A DNA stretch of 64,000 bases, taken from positions 118,360,001-118,424,000 of the forward strand of contig NC_058373.1 in assembly GCF_018350175.1 (NCBI RefSeq), given 5' to 3'. This document shows, piece after piece, positions 50,676-62,660 of the stretch (position 1 is its first letter; every line of letters starts with the position of its first letter). This DNA comes from Felis catus (taxonomy: Eukaryota). Under the pieces are notes generated by a model. It saw nothing but the letters and a program-made list of their open reading frames with translations, searched no databases and was not told where the DNA came from. A program made the translations under genes and the position numbers.

Positions 50676-50746
50676 ACTGGCTCAGTGTTCCACTTAGGCA
50701 CGGAGCCAAGTGAATTGCAACAAAGTACAGCTTCATCATCCACAGT
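50676..50746 (-). ncRNA. Candidate box C/D snoRNA-like element (unverified)
   Basis: ACTGtgg-ATGATGA...CTGA-gcCAGT: perfect C and D boxes, 4-bp terminal stem, internal hairpin, sense to the host gene. No family recognised. Confidence 0.25.
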
Positions 50747-50794
50747 AAAATTAAAATACTCAATATTAAACTTACAGAATTAATAAAATTCATT

Positions 50795-50996
50795 TTATTT
50801 TATTAACATTTATTTATTTTTGAGAGAAAGAGTGAGCAGGGAGGGACAGAGAGAGAGGAAGACACAGAATCCAAAGCAGGCTCCAGGCTCTGAGCTGTCA
50901 GCACAGAGCCCGATGCAGGGCTTGCACTCACGGACCTCGAGATCATGACCTGAGCTGAAGTCTGATGCTCACCCGAATGAACCACCCAGGTGCCCC
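50795..50996 (-). mobile_element. CAN-SINE
   Basis: TSD aataaaattcatttta. Confidence 0.93.
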
Positions 50997-52519
50997 AATA
51001 AAATTCATTTTAAAAGCTCAGTCACTTTTATGATAAAAATTAATTTACAAACAGATTCATAGAAAAGTAGAAAGAATAAAGGGCTGGTTTTGCTTTTTTT
51101 AAAATTTACTTCTCAAAAGAAACATTCATTTAGTTCTTGTATATACACAGTTGTTGGTTAATTTAAAATTTGTTTCTATTCCAGTTCAAATTTATGAGTT
51201 ACGTATGTTAGGATATCCTGAACACAATATTGCCTTGTTTCAGAAAGTTCTGCCATCTACAGCATTTTCAAAGAAAAGATTTTAAGAACAGATTATTCTA
51301 ATTTTTCAATAGCTAAAACTAAAAGTTGTTTTGCTATCAGCTGTCAGACCAGAGGCTTAAAAACAACAAATTAATCTTGGTTGTCCTAAAGATTGGTATT
51401 TGAGAAGGGAACACTGTCACAGTTTGAATGCCAAAAGTCTTCAGCCATATACTCCCTCAACCTGACTGCCTTTTACACCACATGTTCTTGACCAGGGCAT
51501 CGTGCATCAGGCTCTTCAGATTTGGCAATGCCCTAATATTACACACAAACTTGAATGTGCAATTGTCTGTGCACTTTCTGGGACCAGATTCTTCAACTTT
51601 CATCAGAATCTCAAAGGATTCTGTAACTATCGAAAATTTAAGTGGATTTAAACAGTATTTTGTGACCCTGATCTATCATCAGCGTTTAATTTTCAGTTTC
51701 TACCTTCCTTTTAATCTTCCCACTCATCTTGTTTACAAAATTATTTCTTTTGTTTAGATATGTGGCTTTGGCTTCTTTATTCACTCTTAAAAGACTGTAA
51801 GAGAAAACTAGAGCTTCATAAAATGAGTAAAGAACCTGTCTACTTAAAACTGCAGTCAACAGTGGTTTCAAAAGCTGACCTTGTAATATTTAAAAAACCT
51901 GCAATATTAAAGAAACAAAGCTATCTCTTCTGAAGACTTTTTCTTTCGGTTAGTTACACAATCAATTTTATCTTTTAGTTGATCTCTTGCCTTTCAATTG
52001 AGAAAACAATCGGTGAACTGAATTTGCAATTCAGCTATACTCACCTCTACCTTTTAAGGCATGTTAAGACTGAACATAAAAATATGACCATCACCCCTAA
52101 CCTCACAATACAAATATATACAACTGACTTCATTAAAATGGTGTTCCTTCAAAAATTAAACTGTACTTATAAAACAAAATGGTTTTCTCTGATATAGCAA
52201 GGACTGATTTAGCAAGGAACATCCTGATGAAAAAGGGCAGAACTGCTGAGAATGCTAGCCTACTTTTACACTGACTTCCCTCCTCTAAGCATCTGTTAAG
52301 TGTGGGATGAGAAAAAGGTGCTGAATCTGGAGAGGCAGACTAGAATAAAAATATATTTGGTTCCAAGAATTTAAAAGAGAGACAGAAATGTCACTGGAAA
52401 AATTATAGAAATAAGAAGGTTAAAAACAGCTCTGCACTCCTTTCCTCACAAATAACTTCACATATCATCTACATACATCATCTCTTCAATTCTTTAACCC
52501 TCTCCGCTCTGTGATCAGA

Positions 52520-53110
52520 CTCCTTTTCCCTCACAATCCTCTCCCCTTATCCAAACCATTAACAAAAGACTTATAAAATATTATCTTAAGTTTGTCCATT
52601 GCTCTTTATCTCCACCATCAGAACCATGGTCCAAAACAACTTTCCCTCTTATCTTACTAGTATAAGCCATCAACCAGAATTTATCTTTATTTCCTCTACT
52701 GTCCCCCTCTGATCAACTGTGTACAAGGTAGCCAGTGTAATCTTTAAAAGCGTAAAATGAATCATGCACTGCATAATAGTTCCATGGCTTTCTAATGCAC
52801 CTTCAAATTAAATCCAAACTCTCAGCATTTGGGAAGTCAGTATGGCAGAATAACTGACAATGCCCAAGAAATGCATGGAACAATGCCCAGAACATCACAA
52901 AGGTTGAGTAAATGTTAACATATAAGGTATAGCTCCTGCCTGCCTCTCTTACCTTGAGGTGACACTCTCCCCAGCTATGAGCCTTTCAGTTAACTAAAAG
53001 CTCTCTTCCACTTTGGGTTGGCTATTTCCCTGTCTGAAATGCTTTTCTTTCAGACCCTTCAAGAACTTCTGTCTTTCATTCATATCTCAAGTCTCAACCT
53101 AAATATCTTA
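52520..53110 (+). mobile_element. L2 relic
   Basis: agccagtgtaatctttaaaagcgtaaaatgaatcatg, ttcaaattaaatccaaactc. Confidence 0.55.
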
Positions 53111-53112
53111 TT

Positions 53113-53320
53113 GGGGAACCTGCGTGGCTCAGTTGGTTAAGTGTCAGACTTCAGCTCAGGTCACGATCTTGTAGTTTGCGAGTTCAAGCCCCATGTCAGG
53201 CTCTGTGCTGACAGCTCAGAGCCTGGAGCCTGCTTTGGATTCTGTGGATTCTCCCACTCTCTCTGACCTACCCCTGCACATGCTCTTTTTCTCTCTCAAA
53301 AATAACCATTAAAAAAAAAT
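53113..53320 (+). mobile_element. CAN-SINE
   Basis: ggggaacctgcgtggctcag head, body, tail. Confidence 0.9.
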
Positions 53321-54617
53321 ATTTGTGGATATGCAAGTATTTAAAAAAAATATATCTTGTTGACGAGGCCTTCTTTTTTCCTCTTTCTAAATACCGTTCT
53401 CTATTATTCTGTATTATACCATTCTTTTTATTTCCTTCAGTGTTTATAGTTCATAATTTTTTTTTGTTTCATTGGTTAAACCCTTGACCATCATCAGATG
53501 ACTAAGCATCGATCCAATGAATTCTCAAAGTTGCTTTATATAGGAATCATTGGGCTCTGTTCTTTCTATCCAAAATGTACATGTTTATCTTCTCTTACTA
53601 ACAAGCTAAAAAATTGATCACTAATATAAATATATCACAGCCCATGCTATGATTCATTATATGTACACATTTCCCTTACTTGTTTAAAACCCTGTGTCCA
53701 ACAACATATTATGCTAGGTGCTGGCAGAAGAGGAACCAGCATGAAGTACTAAAGATTATTTCTACCCTTAAGGTCTTGAATGATATAAGTAAGCATAGGA
53801 AAGGAAGGACAAAAAAGGGGATGCATTTCAAGCAGGGGATGGGTTGGAATGAAGGAAGAGTCATGATACGTATAATGTATATTTCACCAAAACTAACATG
53901 CCAGAGATTGCAAGATATGTTACACTAAGAAAAATTCCTGCCAAAATTAATTATTAATAACTGTTCATTAATTGTGAAATATCATGAGTAGTAAGATGCA
54001 TACCAATATGAGATAGATCCCAGTTTCAGAGATGTTAAAGTGTAAGGAAAAGAGGAAGTAGGGAAGGGAGAAGAGGGGAAGGAAAGGGGCAGGGGCAGGA
54101 GAAGAAGAAAGAAAAATGACCATTCAATAATTAATATAAAATCAATCTTCCGAGAACTTCAAAAAGTTTCAATGATATGGAATACTGGTTATTCACTAAA
54201 GTTTGTTATCAGGAAGGGGAGAAAAATCCCTAAAAAGAGTGGTCACAGAGCAACCCATACTTTCATATTGTTTTCATTTGCTTTGCATATCTTTGCCTTT
54301 CCCTTTATTTTTAGCTTTTCTAAATCACTTTTTATATCTCTTACATATAGCACATAGTTGAGTCTTGCTTTGTGAACCAAACTGAAAATCATGAATTTTT
54401 TTTAGAGGTGAGTTAAATATAACAAAAAAGATAAATCTTTTAAAATTCATGTATTTCAAAACTCCTAATTGACTTGAGGATCATAGGTCATGGCTTAAAG
54501 GAGCAAATATACCTAAAAATTATAATAGAAAATGAAAAATCTTAAATGGATATAGTTAAAAATAATGAAAATATTCCATTTCAAACCTTATTAAGTCACT
54601 TATAAATGTATAATTTT

Positions 54618-55849
54618 TTTAAATGTTTATTTTTGAGAGGGACAGCATAAGCAGGGGAGGGGGAGAGAGAGGGAGACAGAGGATCCAAAGCAGGCTCAGC
54701 ACTGACATCAGAAAGCCCTATGTGGGGCTCAAACTTGTTAACCGTGAGATCATGACCTGACCCGAAGTCAGACACTTAACCGACTGAGCCACCTAGGCAC
54801 CCCTATATTAATTCAAGTTAGTTAACATACAGTGTAGTCTGGCTTTAGGAGTAGAACCCAGTGATTCATCTCTTACGTACGATACCCAGTGCTCATCCCA
54901 AAAAGTGCCCTCCTTGATGCCCATCGACCATTTAACCCATCCTCCTACCCACCTCCCCTCCAGCAACCCTGTTTGTTCTCTGTATTTAAGAGTCTCTTAT
55001 GGTTTGCCTCCTTCTCTGTTTTTATCTTATTTTTCCTTCCCTTCCCCTATGTTCATCTGTTGTGTTTCTCAAATTGTTGTGTTTCATGACTGAAATCATA
55101 TGGTATCTTTTTCTGACTGACTTATTTCACTTAGCATAAGATACTCTAGTTCCATCCACATTGTTGCAAATGTCAAGTTTTTTTTTTTTAAGTTTATTTA
55201 TTGATAGAGACACTCAGGGGAGGGGCAGAGAGAGATAAGGAGAGAGAGAGAGAATCCAAAGCAGGTTCTGCACTGTCAGCGTGGAGCCCAAGATGGGACT
55301 AGAACTCACAAACTGTGAAATCATGACCTGAGCCAAAATCAAAATCAGATGTTTAAGTGACTGACCCACCCACCCAGGCGCCCCACAAATGGCAAGATTT
55401 CATCCTTTTCCATTGCCGAGTAGTATTCCACAGTATATCTATATAGATATAGATACACACACCACTTCTTTATCCATTCATCAGTCGATGGACATTTGGA
55501 TTCTTTGCATAATTTGGCTATCGATGATAGCACTGCTATAAACATTGGGGTGCACGTGCCCCTTCAAATCAGCATTTTTGTATCCTTTGGATAAATTTTG
55601 TATCCTTTGGATAAAATTGCTGGGTCATAGGGTAGTTCTATTTTTAATTTTTTGAGGAACCTCCATATTGCTTTCCAGAGTGGCTGCACCAGTTTGCATT
55701 CCCACCAACAGTGCAAAAGGGTTCCCCTTCTTCCGCATCCTCACCAACATCTGTTGTTTCCTGAGTTAATTTAGCGACATGCAGAAAAATGAAACTGGAC
55801 CAATTTCTTACACCATACACAAAAATAAATTCAAAATGGATGAAAGACC
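54618..55849 (-). mobile_element. Short 5'-inverted carnivore L1 with two nested SINEs (about 54618-54803 and 55178-55384, both minus)
   Basis: Minus L1 3' end about 54810-55772, then plus-oriented ORF2 piece about 55773-55856; TSD taaatgtataatttt (54603-54617 / 55850-55864). Confidence 0.88.
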
Positions 55850-56054
55850 TAAATGTATAATTTTAAATGCTTATATGAGAAAAAAGCCTAGTAATTGGCG
55901 AGTTAAGCATCTATCTGAAGGAATCACAAAAAGAAAACACAAAGAAATTAGAATAAAATTCCACTTCCAGTAATATATCAGGCTAGATTTTCACCCAATT
56001 ATCTCATTGAAAACAGCTAAAAGTGATGGGTAAAATTTTATTTCAAAAAATATT

Positions 56055-56271
56055 GGGGCGCCTGGGTGGCGCAGTCGGTTGAGCGTCGGACTTCAGCCAG
56101 GTCACGATCTCGCGGTCCGTGAGTTCGAGCCCCGCGTCAGGCTCTGGGCTGATGGCTCGGAGCCTGGAGCCTGTTTCCGATTCTGTGTCTCCCTCTCTCT
56201 CTGGCCCTCCCCCGTTCATGCTCTGTCTCTCTCTGTCCCAAAAATAAATAAACGTTGAAAAAAAAATTAAA
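56055..56271 (+). mobile_element. Very young SINEC_Fc-like CAN-SINE
   Basis: Almost all CpGs intact; ggctctgggctgatggctc diagnostic; TSD aaaaaatatt. Confidence 0.96.
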
Positions 56272-57515
56272 AAAAAATATTAAAAGCACTGAAGCATGAA
56301 GAGTTGACAAGATCATAAAGGAATAACCAGACCACAATCTATAAGAAAGCAGAAACTCAAAGAGAGCAGTGGCATAATGAAAGAGTTTTTATCCTGTATA
56401 CATCTGCATAGCTCACCAAGTTGAGCTTCACTTTTGATGATCTCTTGGGAGAAAACAGAAATCAAAGAATAAGACCTACCCAACATGGAAATGTAACAGG
56501 AGACCCTTTCTGCATAAAACTGAGACCTGCCCCCCCCCCACACACCCCAAAAGTTTTATGTTCAGGAAAAGAGTGAACAGGAAGTAAATCCAGTCCATCT
56601 CTTCCCACATCTCATCACCGAAGGACAAGGAAATTTGTCTTCTTGATGCAAAGAGAACAAGGATTTCTAAGAGGTTGTGGACAAGAAGGCTCATACACAT
56701 ATTTGCAATCCACAGTCACCCCATTAGGGTGGCACAAAACCTCTAGGGATAAATTTAGTCACCATGTTGCAGTACCTTGAGGTATCTGGGGGAAAAAACT
56801 AAAGGTATACACCCTTGAAGCAGCGCATTTCATTCTCGGGTCTCAAAGAAGAACCACAAATATTTTTCCAGGGAAAATAAGCAATTCACAGTAAAAGTCT
56901 CACACAGGAAAAATAAAAAGAAATCTATACCTAGGCACAGCATATGAAAGTTCAGGAAACCAAAAACATAAACAGTACAAAAGCAGCCAGAGATAAAAAA
57001 AGAAAAAAAGAAAAAAAAAAAAAAAGACACATTCACTTATATTAACAACTATTAGGCAGCTGATTTATCAATATAAACAATGGAAACCAGAAGGGAGTGG
57101 AATTATTTCTTCCAATGACTAAAATAATACTGCCAGCCTGTAATTTTATACCTAGTGAAATACCTATCAAAAAAAAATAATACAGACACTTTCAGACAAA
57201 AACAAACAAAAACAGAGTTTACTACAAAAAATCTCATTAAAGAGAATTCTAAAGAAAAAAAAATCTTCAAAAACAAAGAAGTGATCCAGATGGAAAAATC
57301 TGAAATCACTGGAGGAATCAAGAGCACACAAAGTTGGGAATGACATCACACTCAGAGGCTCACTGTCACCATTTTCTGCCATGTAGACCGAAGAATAGAA
57401 AACCCAGTTGACAATGAGACAAAAGAAACAGACTCAAACGAAAGAAGTAAAGTCCTAGTAGCACTGTAAGCCCCTGGGTGCAGCTGTTCTTAAGGCCGAC
57501 TGAAATCCTGTACCT

Positions 57516-57740
57516 GGGGGGCACCTGGGTGGGCTCAGTCAGTTGAGCATCCGACTTCAGCTCAGATCAAGATCTCACAGCTTTTGAGTTTGAGCCCTGC
57601 ATTGGGTTCTGTGCTGACACCTCAGGGTCTGAAGCCTGTTTCAGATTCTGTGTCTCCCTCTCTCTCTCTCTCTCTCTGCCCCTCCCCTGCTCATGCTCTG
57701 TCTCTCTCTCTCTCTCAAAAATAAACATTAAAAAAAAATT
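57516..57740 (+). mobile_element. CAN-SINE
   Basis: Head, (CT)n, tail; TSD-like tgaaatcctgt. Confidence 0.9.
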
Positions 57741-58045
57741 TCTTCATGAAATCCTGTCCTTGGAAAATATGAGATACTCTAATGTCCTTATATTAGATTC
57801 TGCTTTTCACTTAAAAGGTATGTAAAGGAAAATGGCCAAAAATTAATAAACAGAAAACATACAATAGAGAAAATCAAAGTCAAGCACTAGTTTTTGACAC
57901 AGCTAAGAAAATATATAAACGCTTTAGCAAGATAGATGAAGAAAAAAAGAAGTCACAAAAAATATTAGGAATAAAAAAGAAATACTAAGCAGAAATTTAA
58001 AAGATAATAAAAGAATGCTTTGAATAACTTTATGCCAAATACTCT

Positions 58046-58264
58046 TAAGTTTATTTATTTATTTTGGGAGAAAGAGAGAACACGCACATGCACATGAGCA
58101 AGGAGGGGCAGAGAGGGAGAGAGAATCCTAAGCAGGCTCAGCATTGTGAGTACAAAGCCCAACACAGGACTTGAACACATCAACTGTGAGATCATGACCT
58201 GAGTTGAAATCAAGAGTAAGATGCTTAATCAACTGAGCCACCCAGGTGCCCCTATGCCAAATAC

Positions 58265-58297
<33 letters not shown>

Positions 58298-58414
58298 CAA
58301 AACAAAACAAAACAGACAAAACAGAGCCCCATGCAGGGCTCAAACTCACAGACCGTGAGATTGTGACCTGAGCTGAGGTCAGATGCTCAACTGACTAAGC
58401 TACCCAGGCGCCCC
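58046..58414 (-). mobile_element. CAN-SINE (58046-58252, TSD tatgccaaatact), (AAAAC)n tract and a second partial SINE (58320-58414)
   Basis: Two SINE heads; pentanucleotide repeat at 58267-58315. Confidence 0.88.
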
Positions 58415-58604
58415 AAAGAAAAAATTTTTCTAAAAACTGACGTAACTACAAACAGAAAATTTAAATAAGACCATTAGAAAACTGAATACATACCTACCAA
58501 AAAAATTCTAAGCCCACTCACTCCCCCCAAAATACTAGGCCCAGACAGTTGAACAGAAGTTTGGCCAAATGTTCAAGAAACAGGAAACAGATCATTCTAG
58601 TCTT

Positions 58605-59034
58605 GTTTTGTTTTGTTTTTAATTTATTTATTTGAGAGAGAGAGAGAGAGCGCACAAGGAGGGAAAGGGCAGAGACAGTGGGAGAGAGAGAATCCCAACC
58701 GCACTTTGTTCTGAGCCCAACACGGGTCTTGATCCCACAACCATGAGTTCACGACCTGAGCCAAAGTCAAGAGTCTGACATTCAACCGACCAAGATACCC
58801 AGGGGCCCCAGATCATTCTAGTCTTACATAAACCGTTAGTGGCGATGGGCGGACCAGAGTGGAGGGGGGAGGAATAGTTCTCAACTCATTCTTTGAGGCT
58901 GTTATAATCTTTTTGACATTTGTTTTTATTAATTTACTTTTTTAAACTGAGATTTATGACCCATATGGAGCCTGAACTCACAACCCTGAGATCAAGAATC
59001 ACATGCTCTACCGACTGGGCCAAGTAGGCACCCC
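58605..59034 (-). mobile_element. CAN-SINE (58605-58809, TSD agatcattctagtctt) and short older SINE (58925-59034)
   Basis: SINE heads and tails. Confidence 0.87.
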
Positions 59035-59427
59035 AAGGCTGGTATGATCTGAACACCAAAATCAAACAAAGATAATGTAAGAAATGAAATTATGGGCCAA
59101 CATTACCCATGAACATAGATATAAAAATCCTAAATGAAATACTAATAAAATAAATCCACTTGTATGTATATAAAAAAAAAAGACTATCATGATTAAGTTT
59201 GGTTCATTCCAGCAATGCAAGGGTAATTCAACATTAGAAAATATATAAATGTCATTCACCACCCTGAACAGAATAAGGAAGGACAACATATGATCTCACA
59301 AGTACAGAAAAAGTGTCTGATAAAACTTAATACTCATTCTTCACACACAAAAAAAACATCTTAGCCAACTAGCAACAGAAATGTCTTTAACCTATAGTAT
59401 ATCTATGAAAAACCTACAACAAACAGT

Positions 59428-59540
59428 GGGGCATCTGGGGCTGAGTTGGAAGAACATGTGCTCTTGAACTCTGGGTCACGAGTTAGAACTCCATGTTGGG
59501 TGTACCGTTTACTTAAACAGAGAAACTTAAAAGAAAAAAA
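59428..59540 (+). mobile_element. Short older CAN-SINE variant
   Basis: ggggcatctggggctgag head, short body, A-tail. Confidence 0.7.
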
Positions 59541-59585
59541 ATCTACAGCAAGCACTATTCTTAATCATAAAACATAAGCACCCAC

Positions 59586-59812
59586 TTTGTTTTTTTTTTT
59601 TTTTAATGTTTATTTTTGAGAGAGAGAGAGACAGAGACAGTATGCAAGAAGGGGAGGGGCAGAGAGAGAGGGAGACACAGAATCCGAAGCTCCAGGCTCC
59701 AGGCTCCGAGCTATCAACACAGAGCCCGACACAGGGTTCGAACTCACAAACCGTGAGATCATAACCTGAGTCGAAATCAGATGCTTAACCAACTGAGCCA
59801 CCAAGGCATTCC
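59586..59812 (-). mobile_element. CAN-SINE
   Basis: Full body, poly-T on plus strand. Confidence 0.92.
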
Positions 59813-59847
59813 ATGAAGCACTTGTTTTTAAAAATTAAGTGCAACAT

Positions 59848-60052
59848 GGGGCGCCTGGGTGGCTCAGTCAGTTAGGTATTCAACTTCAGCTCAGGTCATG
59901 ATCTCATAGTCTGTGAGTTGGAGCCCTGTGTTGGGCTCTGTGCTGACAGTTTAGAATCTGGAGCCTGCTTTGCATTCTGTGTCTCCCTCTCTCTACATCT
60001 CCCCTGCTCACGCTCTATCAAAAATAAATAAACATTAAAAAAAATTTTTTTA
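59848..60052 (+). mobile_element. CAN-SINE
   Basis: TSD ttaagtgcaacat. Confidence 0.93.
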
Positions 60053-60517
60053 AGTGCAACATAAGAATGCCCACTATTAACACTTGTATCGAATATTATA
60101 CTGTAAGTCCTAACTAGTATAGTAAGACAAAAAAAGGAGAAAAGATGTAAGCATTGCAAAGGAAGACACAATTTGCATTCACATTATTTTAATAAAGTAA
60201 TTTAGTAAGGTGACTGAACATAGATCTGTTTACCAAAAAAGCTTACATCAGCAAATAGAAATGGAAAGGAAAAACAAAAGAGGAAAAGTATACTATTTAT
60301 AATAGTAACAAGAAAAAAGGCATCTAATAATTCAAAGAGAAGGTTTGAGAGACATTTAGAGAAAAATAAAAAACTTTACTGAGATATTTTTAAATATTTA
60401 AAGAACTAGAAAGACATACCATGTTCAAGGATAGGAAGATTCGGTATCATATAACAGAATTAATGCATGTGTAGATTAAAAGTTACAAAGATCTTTTTTA
60501 AAAAGTTACAGAGATCT

Positions 60518-60724
60518 GGGGCACTTGGGTGGCTCAGTTGGTTAAGTGTCAGACTTTGGCTCAGGTCATGATCTCGCAGTTTGTGAGTTCAAGCCCCACA
60601 TCAGGCTCTCTGCTGGCAACACACAGCCGGCTTCAGATCTTCTGTCCCCCTCTCTCTCTGCCCTCCCCTGCTTGTGCTCACTCTTTCACTCTCAAAATAA
60701 ATAAAAAACCATTAAAAAAAAAAA
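60518..60724 (+). mobile_element. CAN-SINE
   Basis: TSD aaaaagttacag(a/g)gatct. Confidence 0.92.
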
Positions 60725-60770
60725 GTTACAGGGAGATCTTGGGCTCATATACAAGGCAAGTCCCATTTTA

Positions 60771-61110
60771 TGTATTTGATTTATATATACCTATGTAATA
60801 TATATACAACATACATACATAATATATATACATATATATAATATATACACATACATATATATTTTTTTTTTTATTTGAGAGAAAGTGCAAGCCAGAGAGG
60901 GGGCAAATGGGGAGAGGGAGAGGAAGAAGAGAGAGAAGGGGAGAAAAGGGGGAAAGAGAGGAAGAGGGAGTGGGAAAGAGAAAGAATGAATGCCAAGCAC
61001 GCTCCACACTCAGTGCAGAGTCCAATGGGGCTCGATCTCACAACCCCAGGATCATGACCTGAGCTTAAATCAAGTCAGACACTCAACTGACTGAGCCACC
61101 CAAGCACTCC
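60771..61110 (-). mobile_element. CAN-SINE with AT-rich microsatellite tail and purine-rich expansion
   Basis: TSD ggcaagtcccatttta (60755-60770 / 61113-61128). Confidence 0.88.
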
Positions 61111-61271
61111 TGGGCAAGTCCCATTTTAAAACAACAGCTTTGGAATATTTGCAGAACTTGACCCAAAATACTCCCATTTATGCATATGTTTGCAATTGGT
61201 ATAAACTTCTTAGTCACTGATCACATATTTTACTTTAAGCTATAGTAAGAGTGGATGTGGCACTTCAGAAT

Positions 61272-61493
61272 TCTTTTTTTTTTAATGTTTTTTAATGTTT
61301 ATTTATTTATTTCTGAGACAGAGACGGAACATGAGTGGGGGAGGGGCAGAGAGAGAGGGAGACACAGACTCAGAAGCAGGCTCCAGGCTCTGAGCTGTCA
61401 GCAGAGCCCAACGTGGGGCTCGAACTCACAAACCGTGAGATATGACCTGAGCCAAAGTTGGTTGCTCAACCAACTGAGCCACCCAGGCGCCCC
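61272..61493 (-). mobile_element. CAN-SINE
   Basis: TSD agaattctt. Confidence 0.92.
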
Positions 61494-62094
61494 AAGAATT
61501 CTTACAGCTGCAATGAACAAGTATTAGTAAAGAGTACGTGATCAGTACGTGGATGAGTTCTAGCTGAATGTGCTGTGGCCCCACCAGTTCAAAGGTCAAT
61601 CACTGTGCACATTCAATACAATGTTAAGTTCTGGTAACTATTCCTGCAAATGATGAAATGTTCCCAACATTTTACATAACACATAAGGTTTTGGTTATTT
61701 GTCATTATCTACAAATATTGCCAAAATATCTCCTTAAAAGCCACCTAAAAATGTAAACATTTATTCTGAATATAAATTGCATTTATAAGGAGAAAACAGA
61801 TAAAACACATTCATAATACAATGATCATATAGGGCTCAAAGGGTATTTATAGTGGAACTATGTTTGGTCCTTACACGTAAAATATTCTTGTACTTGTGAG
61901 GCTCATAAGCAGTTGCCCAGTTTGTTCTACCACAGATGTGAAATTGATTAAATGTATGATTTTCCCTAGGTCTAACTTATTCAAATTTAATTTTAGTTCA
62001 TGTGAATTTTATGATACCTTATATTGGTGCTTAAACTTTCCTTATTCAGTTTCCTAATATAGAAATAATGATCATTTGTTTTACTAACTCCTAG

Positions 62095-62660
62095 GAGATG
62101 ATTATTGATTGCTTACTATGTATCAGGTACTGTTGTAAGTGCTTTGGTACATATTATATAATTTAATCTTTACAACTTTATCAGGTGGATAATATTACTA
62201 TCACAATTTTACAGACAGAAAAACTGAGGTACAGAAAAAGTTAAGTCACTTTCCTAATGTCACACAAGTAGAAAAGCTTAGGGATTCATAACCAGGAATC
62301 TGTCTCGAGAGCCCAGACCCTCAATTACTATGTTACACTTCTTTTCACAATATTTAAAAGGTACATAAAATTATCATGGACAGAAAAACTCACCATTAAA
62401 AAAATTATTAGTAACAGTTAAACAACAGTTAAGCAATATTAATAGCAATATAACTTATCATAGGTTGATATTTAACAGCTATTTCAAAGTTTCATGGCTA
62501 CAATTAAGAGTTTTGAAGTTGGACAGACCTGGCTCTGAATCTTGGCTGTGCCCTTTACAGTAAGCTGTGTGACTTTGGACAAGTTTCGTAACTTCACCAA
62601 GCCTCAGTTTCCTCATCTGTAAAATGAGAATAATAAACATCTCACAAAATTGTTGTTGTA
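62095..62660. mobile_element. Two MIR relics in opposite orientation (about 62095-62340 and 62505-62660)
   Basis: attttacagacagaaaaactgaggtacaga and gcctcagtttcctcatctgtaaaatgag MIR core motifs. Confidence 0.8.

Larger units (their letters stand above)
56280..60480 (+). mobile_element. Fragmented old L1M (5' region, ORF1 and ORF2 relics) densely interrupted by SINEs
   Basis: aaatctatacctaggcaca, gcagctgatttatca...acaatggaaaccagaag, gaataactttatgccaa, catgaacatagatataaaaatcctaaa, gaaagacataccatgttca. Confidence 0.7.

Noticed and set aside
50689..50716. Iron-responsive element in the hairpin with loop near CCGTG
   Set aside because: No CAGUGN loop on a 5-bp upper stem with a bulged C, and the position is intronic.
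56055..56130. tRNA gene (A and B box-like motifs)
   Set aside because: tRNA-derived head of a CAN-SINE, continuing into SINE body, tail and TSD. The same applies to the other copies.
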